A stretch of 64,000 nucleotides of DNA from Octopus vulgaris (GCA_951406725.2 OX597829.1:48484001-48548000); one strand, 5' to 3'; positions 26,228 to 39,215 are shown, numbered from the stretch's first letter. Numbers and translations: made by a program. The notes: a model not told the origin generated them from the sequence alone.

Positions 26228-29000
26228 TTGGAGATGTACTTGCATAGCAAGTAATTTGATCTGAGATCGTGTGCTGGAACGCAAACAATTGCAGCGTGGA
26301 AGGTGCTTATAAGCCATTTAAGAAACACACAAAAACCGTTAGAATCATTTAAATTTAATTTGTCAGAATATTTTCGTCGCTTTCAGACCGCGACCTGTTC
26401 ACTGACAAAACTTCGTGCTGCATCTGAGAAAGTAAGTTAGTTCATGATATATATATGTACGTATGTATGTGTGTGTGTGTGCGTGTGTGTGTGTGTATGT
26501 GCGCATGTAAGTATGTATGTATGCATGTATGTGTATGTATCTATGTATGTATATGTGTGTGCATGTATGTGTTTTAAGTGTAGTTCTAAGGCTGACACCG
26601 ATAGCATGTGCGATAGTAGTTCTGATGTCGTGTGCATCTGAAGGGGGGTAGTCTGGCTTCATCCAACCCTGACAGCATTCACAGTGGGTCTTTTTGTATG
26701 CTGAGGTAATGGTAGGTGGTCTACCTCGTTTGTTACGGGTGTGACAAGCATATAGAAGATTATTGTGTGGCAGATATTCATCGGTACAAGTCAGGGCCAG
26801 GAAGAGCCCTAGTTCATATACGTTCACATTTTTTTAAACATCATATTACTCTCACTAATTATCTCTATACATTTTTCGACAGCAAAGTCTACATCAATGG
26901 AAGGATATAGTGATACCACATCCATGCTACCTACGATGTGGTCACTGAGGTCACATGTGTTGTTGCATTCGCGGATCCTGCTAAGGAGGGTCTTCGGTAC
27001 TATCACATACATCCACAGATAACTTTATTAAGGGTCGTAGGAATTGTGAGAGAAAATATGATATTTTGTGGTTGTTTGCATTGTTGGCACCACAAACAGG
27101 TCGGGTAGGTGACCCAAGTATATGATCCATGTGGCTCTTCAAAGGCCATATAGGGGTGGGATTTCATTGTTTGTAGTTATGAAATTGTTTGCTCTGCGTT
27201 TCTCAGACTGGAGAATACTCCACATCCCCATGTGAGCATTAAGTACCTATTCGTTTTCAATGTACTCGAGTGTTGTTGTTTCTGTCATGTCTCTGATGTG
27301 TGGTTGCATGTTTGAAATGTAATTAGATATGTAGGAAATACGACCGTATGTGGAGGTTGGCGACATAGGTAAGTCACACGGTCGCATCCCTAACGAAATA
27401 AGATAAGCCATAAATACAATTTATACAATGCAGTGCCAACAGAATATAGATTAATGATGACAAGCTGTTCCACTGTTTGAGAGATGATAAGATTTTATTT
27501 ACAATGGTGTTAAGGTTAGAATGGTTGTGAGTGCTAGCAAGTGTTGTGTATGCGTGGATCTGTGAAGTTGGTGTGTACATGTCTGAAGTGGACGATGGTA
27601 GAGACGACTTATAGTTGGTACAATGATGGTGATGACGGCGGAGGAGATAGAAGGCGTTCTGTTGCGGGTGTACATTAGCGTCGTCGTGGCTGATCGTCAG
27701 TCGCTGGGACTGGAACATGTTGAGTAGCTCTGTGGTCAGAGGTTAGTCCTTAGAAGGACTAGAACCAAAGACCAAGTATACTGAGAACATTCCTTTATAT
27801 ACAAGTAAGGTGGCTCAACAGAGCCTAGGAAAAAGGGACCTTAACCAAAGGCCGTGATTGGTTGGCTTTGGACAGTGGCGCGAAATAAGTAGAGACAAAT
27901 CACGCCACATGTCAACCAATCAATTCAGTGGACACAGCAGGAACAGCTCGGCCAAAGATGGCTGTAATCTCAAACGAGATCATTCCTGCCGTGTCTCTCA
28001 AACAGTGAGGATATCAGAGACCGCAACAGATAAATTGTCAACAGACATTCTACCTGATTTGTCAGTCGGGAAGCATACACTCTCTCTATTTTTGATACGA
28101 TTTTTTAATTTGTTAAGGCCTTTCTTAATTTTGGTGTCAAGATCATGGGTCTTATTCTTTGTTCATTTTTGTTTATGCCTTTGGGTGTAATTAGAGAAAG
28201 CTGACAGGAGTTTGGATTTAGTAAGGGTAAACTTTGCTTCTAAAGCATCGTCAGCATAGGGGTGGCATGCATACTCTTTTGTTGAAGGGTAAGTTGGTAG
28301 GGCAGACCCTTTTCATGTCAAACATGTCACGTTTGTCATAGAAACAACGCATGGAACGGTTATTGTCAGACGTGTCATGAATGTCAGGATTTTAGTTGTG
28401 GTTAAAGTGTGTTCTCCATCTAAGTTTGGTGAAGCATTTCTCAATGTCTGGTAGTATTGATTATCTTACTAACCTTATTATATGTGGCGAACTTTGGAGG
28501 GAGTTCTAGGGCAGCGAGTTCATCTGTATCCGTACACTCTTCCGTTTCTTGTTAGTTGGTCATCATCGACGGGTTTGTCATTCATAGAAATTCCATCAAT
28601 CGATTCAGTCGTGTCAAACTGTTTAGTTGTTTGGTGGTTGTATGGTAGTTGTAACGTCCATGTTAGTTTCTCTTCAAAGTGATGTACGCACCTGGTTCCA
28701 TACGGAGTTACATTCACGACGAAGTAGTTCTTTTAATTGTTTCATTTCTTGATTATTAAGTAAGTTCTTCACTTTAGCGAGGGCCTCTCGCTTTTCCTTT
28801 TCTTTAGTGGCAAGGTGTATATATAGTTTGGACTTCAGGTTCGTCATTAAGATACGTTTTAGTCTCGACGCTTGTCCTTTCTTTAGGTTTAGTGCTTCGA
28901 CCGTTTTGTAGATCCTTTTCGGGTAAACCTTCAGTGAGATGCAGTGTCTAATGAAATGAAGCTGTTGCTTAGCTGTTATTTTTCTCAAGCAACAAGTATA
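26228..29000 (-). mobile_element. decayed Penelope-like retroelement (PLE)
   Basis: RT motif GSMDVVSLYPSIDV (ORF 26824-27012), adjacent RGRPPTIT segment, and N-terminal LHFIRHCISLKVYPK (ORF 28674-28988). All are on the minus strand with frameshifts; a hammerhead-like motif lies at the 3' end. Confidence 0.75.
26359..26409 (-). ncRNA. minimal type I hammerhead ribozyme-like motif, G3:C8 core variant
   Basis: Minus strand reads TTTGTCA-GTGAACA-g-GTCGC-ggtctgaaa-GCGAC-GAA-AATATT-C-TGACAAA: 7-bp stem I, 5-bp stem II, palindromic stem III. Confidence 0.7.
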
Positions 29001-29474
29001 AGTTAGAGGTATTTAAAGTTTCTAAGGGATAGATATAGAATTATCCAAAGGCACTTCTGGTAATTATTTCAGTAGGTATATTCCTTGGTAAAAGGTATAC
29101 GGCAGCAGGTAATTTGGCGGGTAGCCGTAGTTTAATTTATATAGATGAGAAGAAAATGGAGGGAAAATAACAAACAGGAGTGTGTCTTTTGGGCTAATAA
29201 GCCCATTATTTAATTAGTAAATAAAGGTGAGAGTGAGAGTAAAGTTGTTTACGATAATTTCTGTTTACCATGGTGAGGAAAATATACAGAACGAAGAAGT
29301 CAGTGGTAAAGAGAAGAGTGAAAGATCAAAGATTACATCAGAAAAGAGAAGATCAAAGATTTGAGTGTCTTACACTATAGTTGGGAGGTTCACAGTTCGT
29401 TGAGTCCATTGTTAGGTGGATGAAGAATATAAGACACACTTCTGTTTGTTATTTTTCCTCTATTTTCTTATATA

Positions 29475-30663
29475 CAAGCTGGTGTACCCGGTAATTCCTG
29501 GGGGCAAAAGATGTTCTATTGAAACGCATTATTAGTCTGATATAAGAAAGCAATTTCGTTATAACAGCCACAAAATGTGTATTTTCCATCACGAAACCGT
29601 ATAAAAACTATCAACGGGAGGAGGGAGAGATTGTTGATGGTTGGCGAGAGAGGTTTTCGGAGGTTAGTGAAAAAGATTGTGGGAGGTTGTTGGAGTTTGG
29701 TGAGAGAAGTTGTCGGAGTTTGGCGAGAGAAATTGGCGGAGTTTGGCGACAGAGGTTGTCGGAGTTTGGCGAGAGAAATTGGCGGAGTTTGGCGACAGAG
29801 GTTGTCGGAGTTTGGCGGGAGTTGGCGAGAGAAATTGGCGGGGGTTGGCGAGAGAGGTTGTCGGAGTTTGGCGAGTTAGTTATTTGGAGATGTTGAAAAA
29901 ATGTGTATTAATGCAATGTGTAAATTAATTACAGCAATATGTATATAACTGTTTAGATATTGAATTAGAATAGACGTTCATGAAAATGTTGTATGAAGAG
30001 TAAATAAGCAATAAATATTATGATTTGTGAAATAAGTATAACTGATAATACAGGGTGTCGCGAGTCAGTGTGGTGTGGAAGTTAGTTTCATTTTTTAAGA
30101 ATTTTAAGCATTCAAAGTATGAGTTCATTGTACTGGGACTAACTGGTGAAATACGTTGTGGAATGAAAAATGTATCATCGTAAAATTTGAACTATTACAA
30201 ATACGTTGTGAAAAAAAAAAAATTATCTACTGTCATGGAGAAAATGTAACTGTAAAAAGGCAGAATTATCGGAGTAATGGGCATTCGAGAAAGTATGTAT
30301 AGAAATGTATGAATGAAGAGATTCAAATTGAGGAAGTGCAATAATAATATTTAGCAGCTCAAAACTGTGAGTCGTGAAATACAGAATTAGGTCGGCTGAT
30401 CGTTGGTTCAAAGCAATCGAACATAAACAATGAAATCGGTTATTTCCCTTGAGTGTTTAAAAAAATTAGTTATATAAGGTATATATAAAGGTCCCTTCAA
30501 GAGGCCGTATTATCGATTTTTTTCAACAATCTAAATATGTCACGAGGTTTCCAGACACGAGTTCTATTCACGTGTCAAGTTTCATCAAAATCAATAAAAC
30601 AATGTAGGAGGAGTTAGCTAACAACGCCACAAACACACACCGATTTTCCACATATGTAGTAGA
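29475..30663 (-). mobile_element. Helitron-like non-autonomous element (second family) with an internal 23/46-bp minisatellite
   Basis: Minus-strand 5' a|TCTACTACATATG; 3' hairpin CCCAGGAATTACCGGG then CTTG|t (degenerate CTAG). Repeat GTTGTCGGAGTTTGGCGAGAGAAATTGGCGGAGTTTGGCGACAGAG at about 29690-29878. Confidence 0.6.
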
Positions 30664-30999
30664 TATATATATTGTTTTATTTTTTTACTTGTTTCAGTCA
30701 TTTGACTGCAGCCATGCTGAAGCACTGCCTATTTTCAAATAAATCGACCCCAGGACTTATTCTTTGTAAGCCTAGTACTTATTCTATCAGTCTCTTTTAC
30801 TGAATCGCTAAATTATGGGGACATTAACACACCAGCATCGGTTGTCAAGCGATGTGTTGGAGGGAGGGACAAACACAAACATATACACACACATACATAC
30901 ATATACATACAGCAAATCGACCCCAGGATTTATTCTTTGTAAGCCTAGTACTCATTCTATCGGTCTCTTTTGACGAACTGCTAAGTTACGGGGACATAG

Positions 31000-31970
31000 A
31001 ATCAAGGACAGGATTGGTATAAAATTGGTTAAACTCAAAAAGTCACCCAGAAACTTTTCCGAAGTTATTCAAGCTGGTCTACCATAAGAAGACAAGGTTC
31101 CTAGTCAAAGGACAATTCATAGAAGATTATTTGATGCTGGTCTTCAGTCCTATAAACCTTCAAGATTAACCTCAAAGAATATTGCTGATCTTTTGGCATT
31201 TTGACAAAAGTATTAAAAAATTGGTCAGTTGAACAACAAAAACGAGTTATTTTTTCAGATGAAATGCAGGTGTCATAGTTTTATACATTTTGCAGACATA
31301 GGCGCAGGAGTGGCTGTGTGGTAAGTAGCTTGCTAACCAACCACATGGTTCCAGGTTCAGTCCCACTGCGTGGCATCTTGGGCAAGTGTCTTCTGCTATA
31401 GCCCCGGGCCGACCAATGCCTTGTGAGTGGATTTGGTAGACGGAAACTGAAAGAAGCCTGTCGTATATATGTATATATATTATAAGTGTGTGTGTATATG
31501 TTTGTGTGTCTGTGTTTGTCCCCCTAGCATTGCTTGACAACCGATGCTGGTGTGTTTACGTCGCCGTCACTTAGCGGTTCGGCAAAAGAGACCGATAGAA
31601 TAAGTACTGGGCTTACAAAGAATAAGTCCCGGGGTCGATTTGCTCGACTAAAGGTGGTGCTCAAGCATGGCCGCAGTCAAATGACTGAAACAAGTAAAAG
31701 AGTAAAGAGTATGTGAGACAACCTCTTAAGTGAAGAGGTAATCCTTGGTACATTAATCCCAACTGTTAAAAATGCTCCAAAAGTTATGGTGTGGGGAGCT
31801 ATTTGTGCTGGTGGAAGATGTGGACTGTGGTTTATACCTGAAGGTACAACTATCAAGGGAACTAATTACCTTGAAATTCTGCAAAAGAAAATCCTACCAT
31901 TAATGAAGAGGAATCAGTGTATGCACTTCCAGCATCGGGGGACACCATGTCACCAGACAAGAGCAGAAAG
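31000..31970 (+). pseudogene. Tc1-family transposase remnant interrupted by a SINE
   Basis: SQRTIHRRLFDAGL...VIFSDE and PKVMVWGAICAGG...YLEIL...FQH.GTPCH motifs with stops and frameshifts; SINE at 31298-31712. Confidence 0.8.
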
Positions 31971-32510
31971 CTTGACAACCGGAGATGGTGTGTTTATGTC
32001 CCCGTAACTTAGCAGTTCAGCAAAAGAGGCCGATAATAAGTACTAGGCTTACAAAGAATAAATCCTGGGGTCGATTTGCTGGACTAAAGGCGGTGCTCCA
32101 GCATGGCTGCAGTCAAATGACTGAAACAAGTAAGAGTGTGGTGAGACTTTTTGAACACCCTATACAAACCAAATACTGCAACCAGCATGGAGAACTTTAA
32201 CCCTGTTTTGTTATCATATTTCTGTTAAAATATATAATTCTAAAACTAATGAAAAATTTACTAAAATAACTTTGTTTTAAGCCAATGTTTGTAACATAAC
32301 ATGAAATTTTAATGGAAGGTTTTAATTTAGATCTCTTTAAGTGGGGAAGTTTGTACCATAGAATCAAGGACAAGCTTGGTATAAAATTGGATAAACTCAG
32401 TTTATCAAGTTTCTTATCTGAGTCATCAATGTTTATAATTATAGAAGATAATGGAGCCTCATTAAACAGCTGGGTAATTTGTAAGCAATTCACTCTTTTA
32501 TAATATGACT

Positions 32511-32912
32511 AGGCGGCGAGCTGGCAGAAACGTTAGCACGTCGGACAAAATGTTTAGCCGTATTTCGTCTGCCGTTGTGTTCTGAGTTCAAATTCCGCCG
32601 AGGTCGACTTTGCCTTTCATCCTTTCGGGGTCGATTAAATAAGTTCCAGTTACGTACTGGGGTCGATGTAATCGACTTAATCCATTTGTCCCCTCTGTGT
32701 TTAGCCCCTTGTGGGTAGTAAAGAAATAAGTATTTCGTCTGCCATTATATTCTGAGTTCAAATTCCGCCGAGGTCGACTTTGCTTTTCATCCTTTCGGGG
32801 TCGATTAAATAAGTTCCAGTTATGTACTGGGGTCGATGTAATCGACTTAATCTGTTTGTCTGTCCTTGTTTGTCCCCTCTGCGTTTAGCCCCCTTGTGGG
32901 TAGTAAAGAAAT
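32511..32912 (+). mobile_element. tRNA-derived SINE, family B, with duplicated 3' half
   Basis: Head GGCGGCGAGCTGGCAGAAACGTTAGC; TSD TATAATATGACT. Other copies at about 39751-39981 (TSD GGTTATATCTGAA), 51022-51300 and 59190-59461(-). Confidence 0.85.
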
Positions 32913-32923
32913 ATATATAATAT

Positions 32924-33246
32924 GACTGCATGTAAAGTAGACAGAGAAATTTTGATGTGTTGCAACTTGTTGAAAGACGTGTAATTTGTAAACAGCCACC
33001 GATGTTGTAATGGATTCTGTACTGTTATTCTGCTTGCAAATCTTTGGTCAACTGTTACAGCTTACAGCCACAGCAGCTGTTGCAGATTCCACATTGTTTA
33101 ACAAGCTGCATTCAGAGAGCTGATTCATTTAGATGCAACAACTTAATGTGGTAACCATTGCAGATTTAGCAGCTGTTATGAATTATTCATCTTTCGAGAG
33201 ATTAAAACGCAGCGAACTTTTTGTGCTGTCTACTTTACATGTAGCC
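32924..33246. mobile_element. MITE with ~21-bp TIRs
   Basis: GACTGCATGTAAAGTAGACAG ... CTGTCTACTTTACATGTAGCC; no clear TSD. Confidence 0.6.
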
Positions 33247-34946
33247 ATGCAATAACATATTGAATTGCTTAAAGGATTAATCCAAGTCGAATTAAGACAG
33301 TGTTAATTACAACCCATGATTATTAAACATAAAAAGATTAATTTATTTTTGGAATAGTGGATCTCAAAGCACACATCATCATCATCGTCGTCATCATCTT
33401 CATTTAGTGTCTGTTTTCCATGCTAGCATGGGTTGCACGGTTCAACTGGGGTCTGGGAAGCCATAAGGCTGCACCAGGCCCAGTCTGATCTGGCAATGTT
33501 TCTACGGCTGGATGCCCTTCCTAACGCCAACCACTCCGTGAGTGTAGTGGGTGCTTTTTACATGCCAGACGGAGCTGGCAAATGGCCACGGTCGGATGGT
33601 GATTTTTACATGCCACCGGCACGGGGGCCAGGCGAGGCTGGCAATGGCCACAATCGGATGGTGCCTTTTACGTGCCACCGGCACGAGGCCAGTCAGGGCG
33701 GCGCTGGCAAAGGCCATGTTCGGATGGTTCTCTTGCATACCACCGGCACTGGTATCACAGCTGCAATTCCATTGATGTTGATCGATTTCGATTTTGATAG
33801 CATGTAAACGTTGAGTTGCAAAACTCTTTGAGAAAGAGAATGCTAGCAGCCTTTCTTGTCTAAAATTACTAGCCTTGTTTCAAAATTTGAAACATATTAT
33901 TATAAAGGTTGTGAGCAGGCAGAATTGTTAGCAGACCAGCCAAAATACTTAGCGGCATTTCATCTGATCTTATGCTCTGAGTTGAAATTCAGAACATAAG
34001 GACAATTTGTTTTCATCCTTCCGGGAGGAATAAAATAAATACTAGTTGATTACCGGGGTCAATATCATTGACTTACCCAACTCCTCCATAACTTGCTGGC
34101 CTTGTGCAAAAATTTGAAACCATTATCATTATTATTAAGGCAGCGAGCTGGCAGAATTTTTAGCACACTGGACGGAATACTCGGCAATATTTTGCCTGTT
34201 GCAACATTCTGAGTTCAAATTCTGCTGAGGTTGACTTTACTTTTCCTGCTGGGATTAATCACCACTGCTACCACCCCTGAATGTTCTTGGGAGAAGCATG
34301 AACATTACAAACTGTAAACTGGTATTTCTCCTGTCTATGGCAGTTATGTTTCATTGTTGCATTTTCCTGATTTACTAAATTTAGCAATTCCATTTTACCC
34401 TTCATCCTCATCATACCAACTTTTTCCTGCCAGAATCAATGCTATCGTTACCATATCTCTATTGAAATACTCTGCCTTTGTTTCAATCAATCTTGAAGGC
34501 ACTTAAGAATTTTGTCAATATTAAGCTGGTGTTTGGAACATAAATCAACATGAAGTTTCAATGTAAAGGTTTTAATTTAGATCACTTTAACCCTTTTGTT
34601 ACCATACTATTCTGTCAAAGTGTAAAACTTATTTATTCCCATTGTTTTGAGTTAATCATACATTATCTTCTAGCTTTGGAAATTTTGGTGAGATAATCGT
34701 TAATTTTTAGAATGATATTGTAGGGTTGGTGTGAAAGGCCGGATCAGGCCAGTTTGAGCATAAAACAGGTAGAATATTTTGGCTGGATATGGTCAGTTTA
34801 AAAGCTAAAAGGTTAAAGCATAAAGTTTGCATGGTAGAACCAGCAATAGTCTTAGGCAGGTTTGGTGCCAAAAATGTTAAGTAGCCACATTCATATATTT
34901 GTAATTGAAAGATTAATTAACATATATCATATAACCATGGGGGTGG

Positions 34947-36411
34947 CTGGTATCAGAAGGGTTAAAGTATGGGCATGGGGCAACTACCAAAGGGCACAAA
35001 TCTAGTCTGGTATCAGAAGGGTTAAGGTATGGGCACAGAGCGAACTACCAAAGGGCACAAATCTAGTCTGGTATCAGAAGGGTTAAGGTATGGGCACAGG
35101 GACAACTACCAAAGGGCACAAATCTAGTCTGGTATCAGAAGGGTTAAGGTATGGGCACAGGGGCAACTACCAAAGGGCACAAATCTAGTCTGGTATCAGA
35201 AGGGTTAAGGTATGGGCACAGGGGCAACTACCAAGGGGCACAAATCTAGTCTGGTATCAGAAGGGTTAAGGTATGGGTACAGGGGCAACTACCAAAGGGC
35301 ACAAATCTAGTCTGGTATCAGAAGGGTTAAGGTATGGGCACAGAGGCAACTACCAAAGGGCACAAATCTAGTCTGGTATCAGAAGGGTTAAGGTATGGGC
35401 ACAGGGGCAACTACCAAAGGGCACAAATCTAGTCTGGTATCAGAAGGGTTAAGGTATAGGCACAGGGACAACTACCAAAGGGCACAAATCTAGTCTGGTA
35501 TCAGAAGGGTTAAGGTATGGGCACAGGGACAACTACCAAAGGGCACAAATCTAGTCTGGTATCAGAAGGATTAAGGTATGGGCACAGGGACAACTACCAA
35601 AGGGCACAAATCTAGTCTGGTATCAGAAGGGTTAAGGTATGGGCATAGGGGCAACTACCAAAGGGCACAAATCTAGACTGATATCAGAAGGATTAAGGTA
35701 TGGTCACAGGGGCAACTACCAAAGGGCACAAATCTAGTCTGGTATCAGAAGGGTTAAGGTATGGGCACAGGGACAACTACCAAAGGGCACAAATCTAGTC
35801 TGGTATCAGAAGGGTTAAGGTATGGGCATAGGGGCAACTACCAAAGGGCACAAATCTAGTCTGATATCAGAAGGATTAAGGTATGGGCACAGGGACAACT
35901 ACCAAAGGGCACAAATCTAGTCTGGTATCAGAAGGGTTAAGGTATGGGCATAGGGGCAACTACCAAAGGGCACAAATCTAGTCTGATATCAGAAGGATTA
36001 AGGTATTGTCACAGGGGCAACTACCAAAGGGCACAAATCTAGTCTGGTATCAGAAGGGTTAAGGTATGGGCACAGGGACAACTACCATAGGGCACAAATC
36101 TAGTCTGGTATCAGAAGGGTTAAGGTATGGGCACAGAGGCAACTACCAAAGGGCACAAATCTAGTCTGGTATCAGAAGGTTTAAGGTATGGGCATAGGGG
36201 CAACTACCAAAGGGCACAAATCTAGTCTGATATCAGAAGGATTAAGGTATGGTCACAGGGGCAACTACCAAAGGGCACGAATCTAGTCTGGTATCAGAAG
36301 GGTTAAGGTATGGGCACAGGGACAACTACCAAAGGGCACAAATCTAGTCTGGTATCAGAAGGGTTAAGGTATGGGCACAGGGGCAACTACCAAAGGGCAC
36401 AAATCTAGTCT
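34947..36411. repeat. homogeneous minisatellite, 61-bp unit, about 24 copies
   Basis: Unit CTGGTATCAGAAGGGTTAAGGTATGGGCACAGGGGCAACTACCAAAGGGCACAAATCTAGT; the register shifts one base per 60-nt line. Confidence 0.97.
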
Positions 36412-37177
36412 ATGTATTTTGTGGCTTGCAGTGAATAAATAAATGCTATAAGCCTCAGAGCACCGAAGGAATGGGGGTGGTTCTATAATTTTATTAAGAC
36501 AGACTTGTGTTTAACAACTAGAATTCATTATCTACCAATGTTTCTTGGGGCACAAGAAACTTCAGCAATACAAACTGAAAACTCCTGCACTAACTGTAAT
36601 TCTGGCAGTCGAATAAATCAACAATTGCCTAACACAAAGAGAGAAAAAATTGTGATGAGGAATATTTGAAGATTTGACTGTTATTTATCTAGTGACTAGG
36701 TAGAGTATGTGAAGGCGTGTGGTTTAGTGGTTAGGGCATTTGGCTCATGATTGTAAGGTCGTGAGTTCGATTCCTGGTGACGCATTGTGTCCTTGAGCAA
36801 GATACTTTATTTCATGTTGATCTAGTCCACTCAGCTGGCAAAAATGAGTTGTACCTGTATTTCAAAAGGGCTGGCCTTGTCACACTCTGTGTCATGCTGA
36901 ATCTCCCCGAGAACTATGTTAAGGGTACACCTGTCTGTGGAGTGCTCAATCACTTGCATGTTAATTTCATGAGCAGGTTGTTCCGTTGATCGTATCAGCT
37001 GGGACCCTCGTCATCATAACCGATGGAGTACGCCTTTAGGTAGAGTATAAGATGAACATGCTTCCCTTGATGCGTTTATGTAACCATCTATGTATCATAT
37101 TTAGTGTATATACAATGTGAATAGGCCATTTACTGTAGTGTTTGCTCTGAAATAACACTACTCATGGATATACTTAC

Positions 37178-37342
37178 AGCAATATATTTATCCAAGCAGT
37201 AGCTAGTGAGAATGCCAAGTGTATTTCAGCCTTTTCAATGTCATGTATTCGCTGCCAATCATATACCCAGATGAAAATTTGTTGCCTTTGATATAGGAAA
37301 AAGTGAATAAAATATTCACTGAAGTTGCAAATAGCTGCCCAG
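37178..37342 (-). CDS. candidate 165-bp exon (WAAICNFSEYF...TAWINIL)
   Basis: Minus-strand acceptor tttttattcAG and donor GTAAGT; open in phase 2-2. Another GTAAGT-bounded segment lies at 37411-37478. Confidence 0.3.
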
Positions 37343-37496
37343 CTGAATAAAAATCCATTATACACAATTGAGGTAGTTTGAATTAAAATACAAGCATTTA
37401 TCATACTTACTGTATACACATTATCAATAGGTCAATTACTGCAGTATTTGTCCTGAGATAACATCTCACATGGATTTACTGCATTAAAAATAATAA

Positions 37497-37830
37497 CACA
37501 ATTCAAGGTCACAACACATAAGTACACTGCAACACATTTTTTTCACCTCAACAGGCACTGCCCTACTTAACAAAGTCCCAAAAACAAATCAAAAATGAAA
37601 ATGATCCCATCACCTTTAAATGTAGTATGGACAAATTTCTTCAAGGAATACCAGATAAGCCACTTATACCTGGGTACAACTCACTCAACAAGAACTCCTT
37701 ACTTGGATGGGTCATGATACCACAAAACTTGACTTAAGAATGACTTGACTGATCCTATCAGATGGTGCTATTAAGTTAGACATGGTCTAGGCCAATCTTT
37801 GGTTGAAACATACCTAAGTTGTCTAAGTTA
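37497..37830 (+). mobile_element. LINE (CR1-like) 3' end fragment
   Basis: Translates as ...DPITFKCSMDKFLQGIPDKPLIPGYNSLNKNSLL.W, a typical non-LTR ORF2 C-terminus. Confidence 0.6.
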
Positions 37831-38014
37831 TCAGAAAGAGGTGAACATTTGTCCCAGTAGTACACAGCATGTCTATAAGAGGTGTTATATTTGGACAAAT
37901 ACCGCAATAAGTGACTTGATGACATTGTGTATACATTAAGTATGATACATAGATGTTTATTTTAATTTAATACTGCTTCAGTTGCACGTGCTGGATTTTT
38001 ATGTTAATACGTAG

Positions 38015-38305
38015 CACCATCCGTCCGTGGCTGTTGCCAGCCTCGCCTGGCCCCCGTGCTGGTGGCACGTAAAAAGCACCATCCGTCCGTGGCCGTTTGC
38101 CAGCTCCATCTGGCACCTGTGTGGATGGCACGTAAAAGCACCCACTACACTCACGGAGTGGTTGACGTTAGGAAGGCATCCAGCCGTAGAAACACTGCCA
38201 GATCAGACTGGGCCTGATGCAGCCTTCTGGCTTCCCAGACCCCAGTTGAACCGTCCAACCCATGCTAGCATGGAAAGCGGACGCTAAATGATGATGATGA
38301 TGATG
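38015..38305 (+). mobile_element. SINE family D ((TGA)n tail)
   Basis: ...CACTCACGGAGTGGTTG..GTTAGGAAGGCATCCAGC...CCATGCTAGCATGGAAAGCGGACGCTAAATGATGATG. Copies at about 33375-33800(-), 41335-41612, 41855-42065, 45715-46045, 46475-46670(-) and 62950-63280. Confidence 0.8.
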
Positions 38306-38772
38306 TATGAATGACAGAGCACAAATGATTAGAGAGGAAAACTGAGTATAAATAAGTAAAATGAGATGTATGTAAGAGATGAGACTGGACTGATATAGAC
38401 ATGTAACATGTATGAAGGGTGGCAAAGAAATGCCAAGAGATCTAATAGGCAGAAAGCTGCAGAAGAGATAGGCCATGGATGTCTTGGGAATATTCAGAGA
38501 GAGATGATCTCAGGCAACTGTAACATATAACGACAGTACAACCCAGACAAGTATGGAAACAAATGGAGAACATTTTTTGTTGTAGACTAATGGGTGTAAA
38601 CACACAATCATCTCACAGTGCCCTCTACCCAGAATGATTGATGCATGCATTTCAGAGTAGTTATCTCCTCTTCAGCACCAGACACTGGAAGTGGGATGTG
38701 CAACGGACAGACTTGAGATGGATCTTTCTCATTAGATTTCAGTAAGCATACCACGTTTATTTGTGCTAATTA

Positions 38773-39215
38773 GATATACTGGGATTGATTTGTTCAACTA
38801 AAATCATTCAAGGTGGTGCCCCAGCATGGTCACAGTCCAATGACTGAAACAAGTAAAAGATAAAAGATATACTGGGATTGATTTGTTCAACTAAAAACCT
38901 TCAAGGTGGTGCCCCAGCATGGCCACAGTCCAATGACTGAAACAAGTAAAAGATAATAGATATACTGGGATTGATTTGTTCAACTAAAACCCTTCAAGGT
39001 GGTGCCCCAGCATGGCCACAGTCCAATGACTGAAACAAGTAAAAGATAAAAGATATACTGGGATTGATTTGTTCAACTAAAACCCTTCAAGGTGGTGCCC
39101 CAGCATGGCCACAGTCCAATGACTGAAACAAGAGATAAAAGATATACTGGGATTGATTTGTTCAACTAAAACCCTTCAAGGTGGTGCCCCAGCATGGCCA
39201 CAGTCCAATGACAGA
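38773..39215. repeat. tandem array of a SINE 3' tail, 93-bp unit, about 4.8 copies
   Basis: Units start at 38773, 38866, 38959, 39052 and 39141; the sequence matches the family A tail (GGTGCCCCAGCATGGCCACAGTCCAATGACTGAAACAAGTAAAAG). Confidence 0.92.

Noticed and set aside
34947-36411. CRISPR-like array
   Set aside because: Units are wholly repeated with no unique spacers, there are no cas genes, and the context is eukaryotic.
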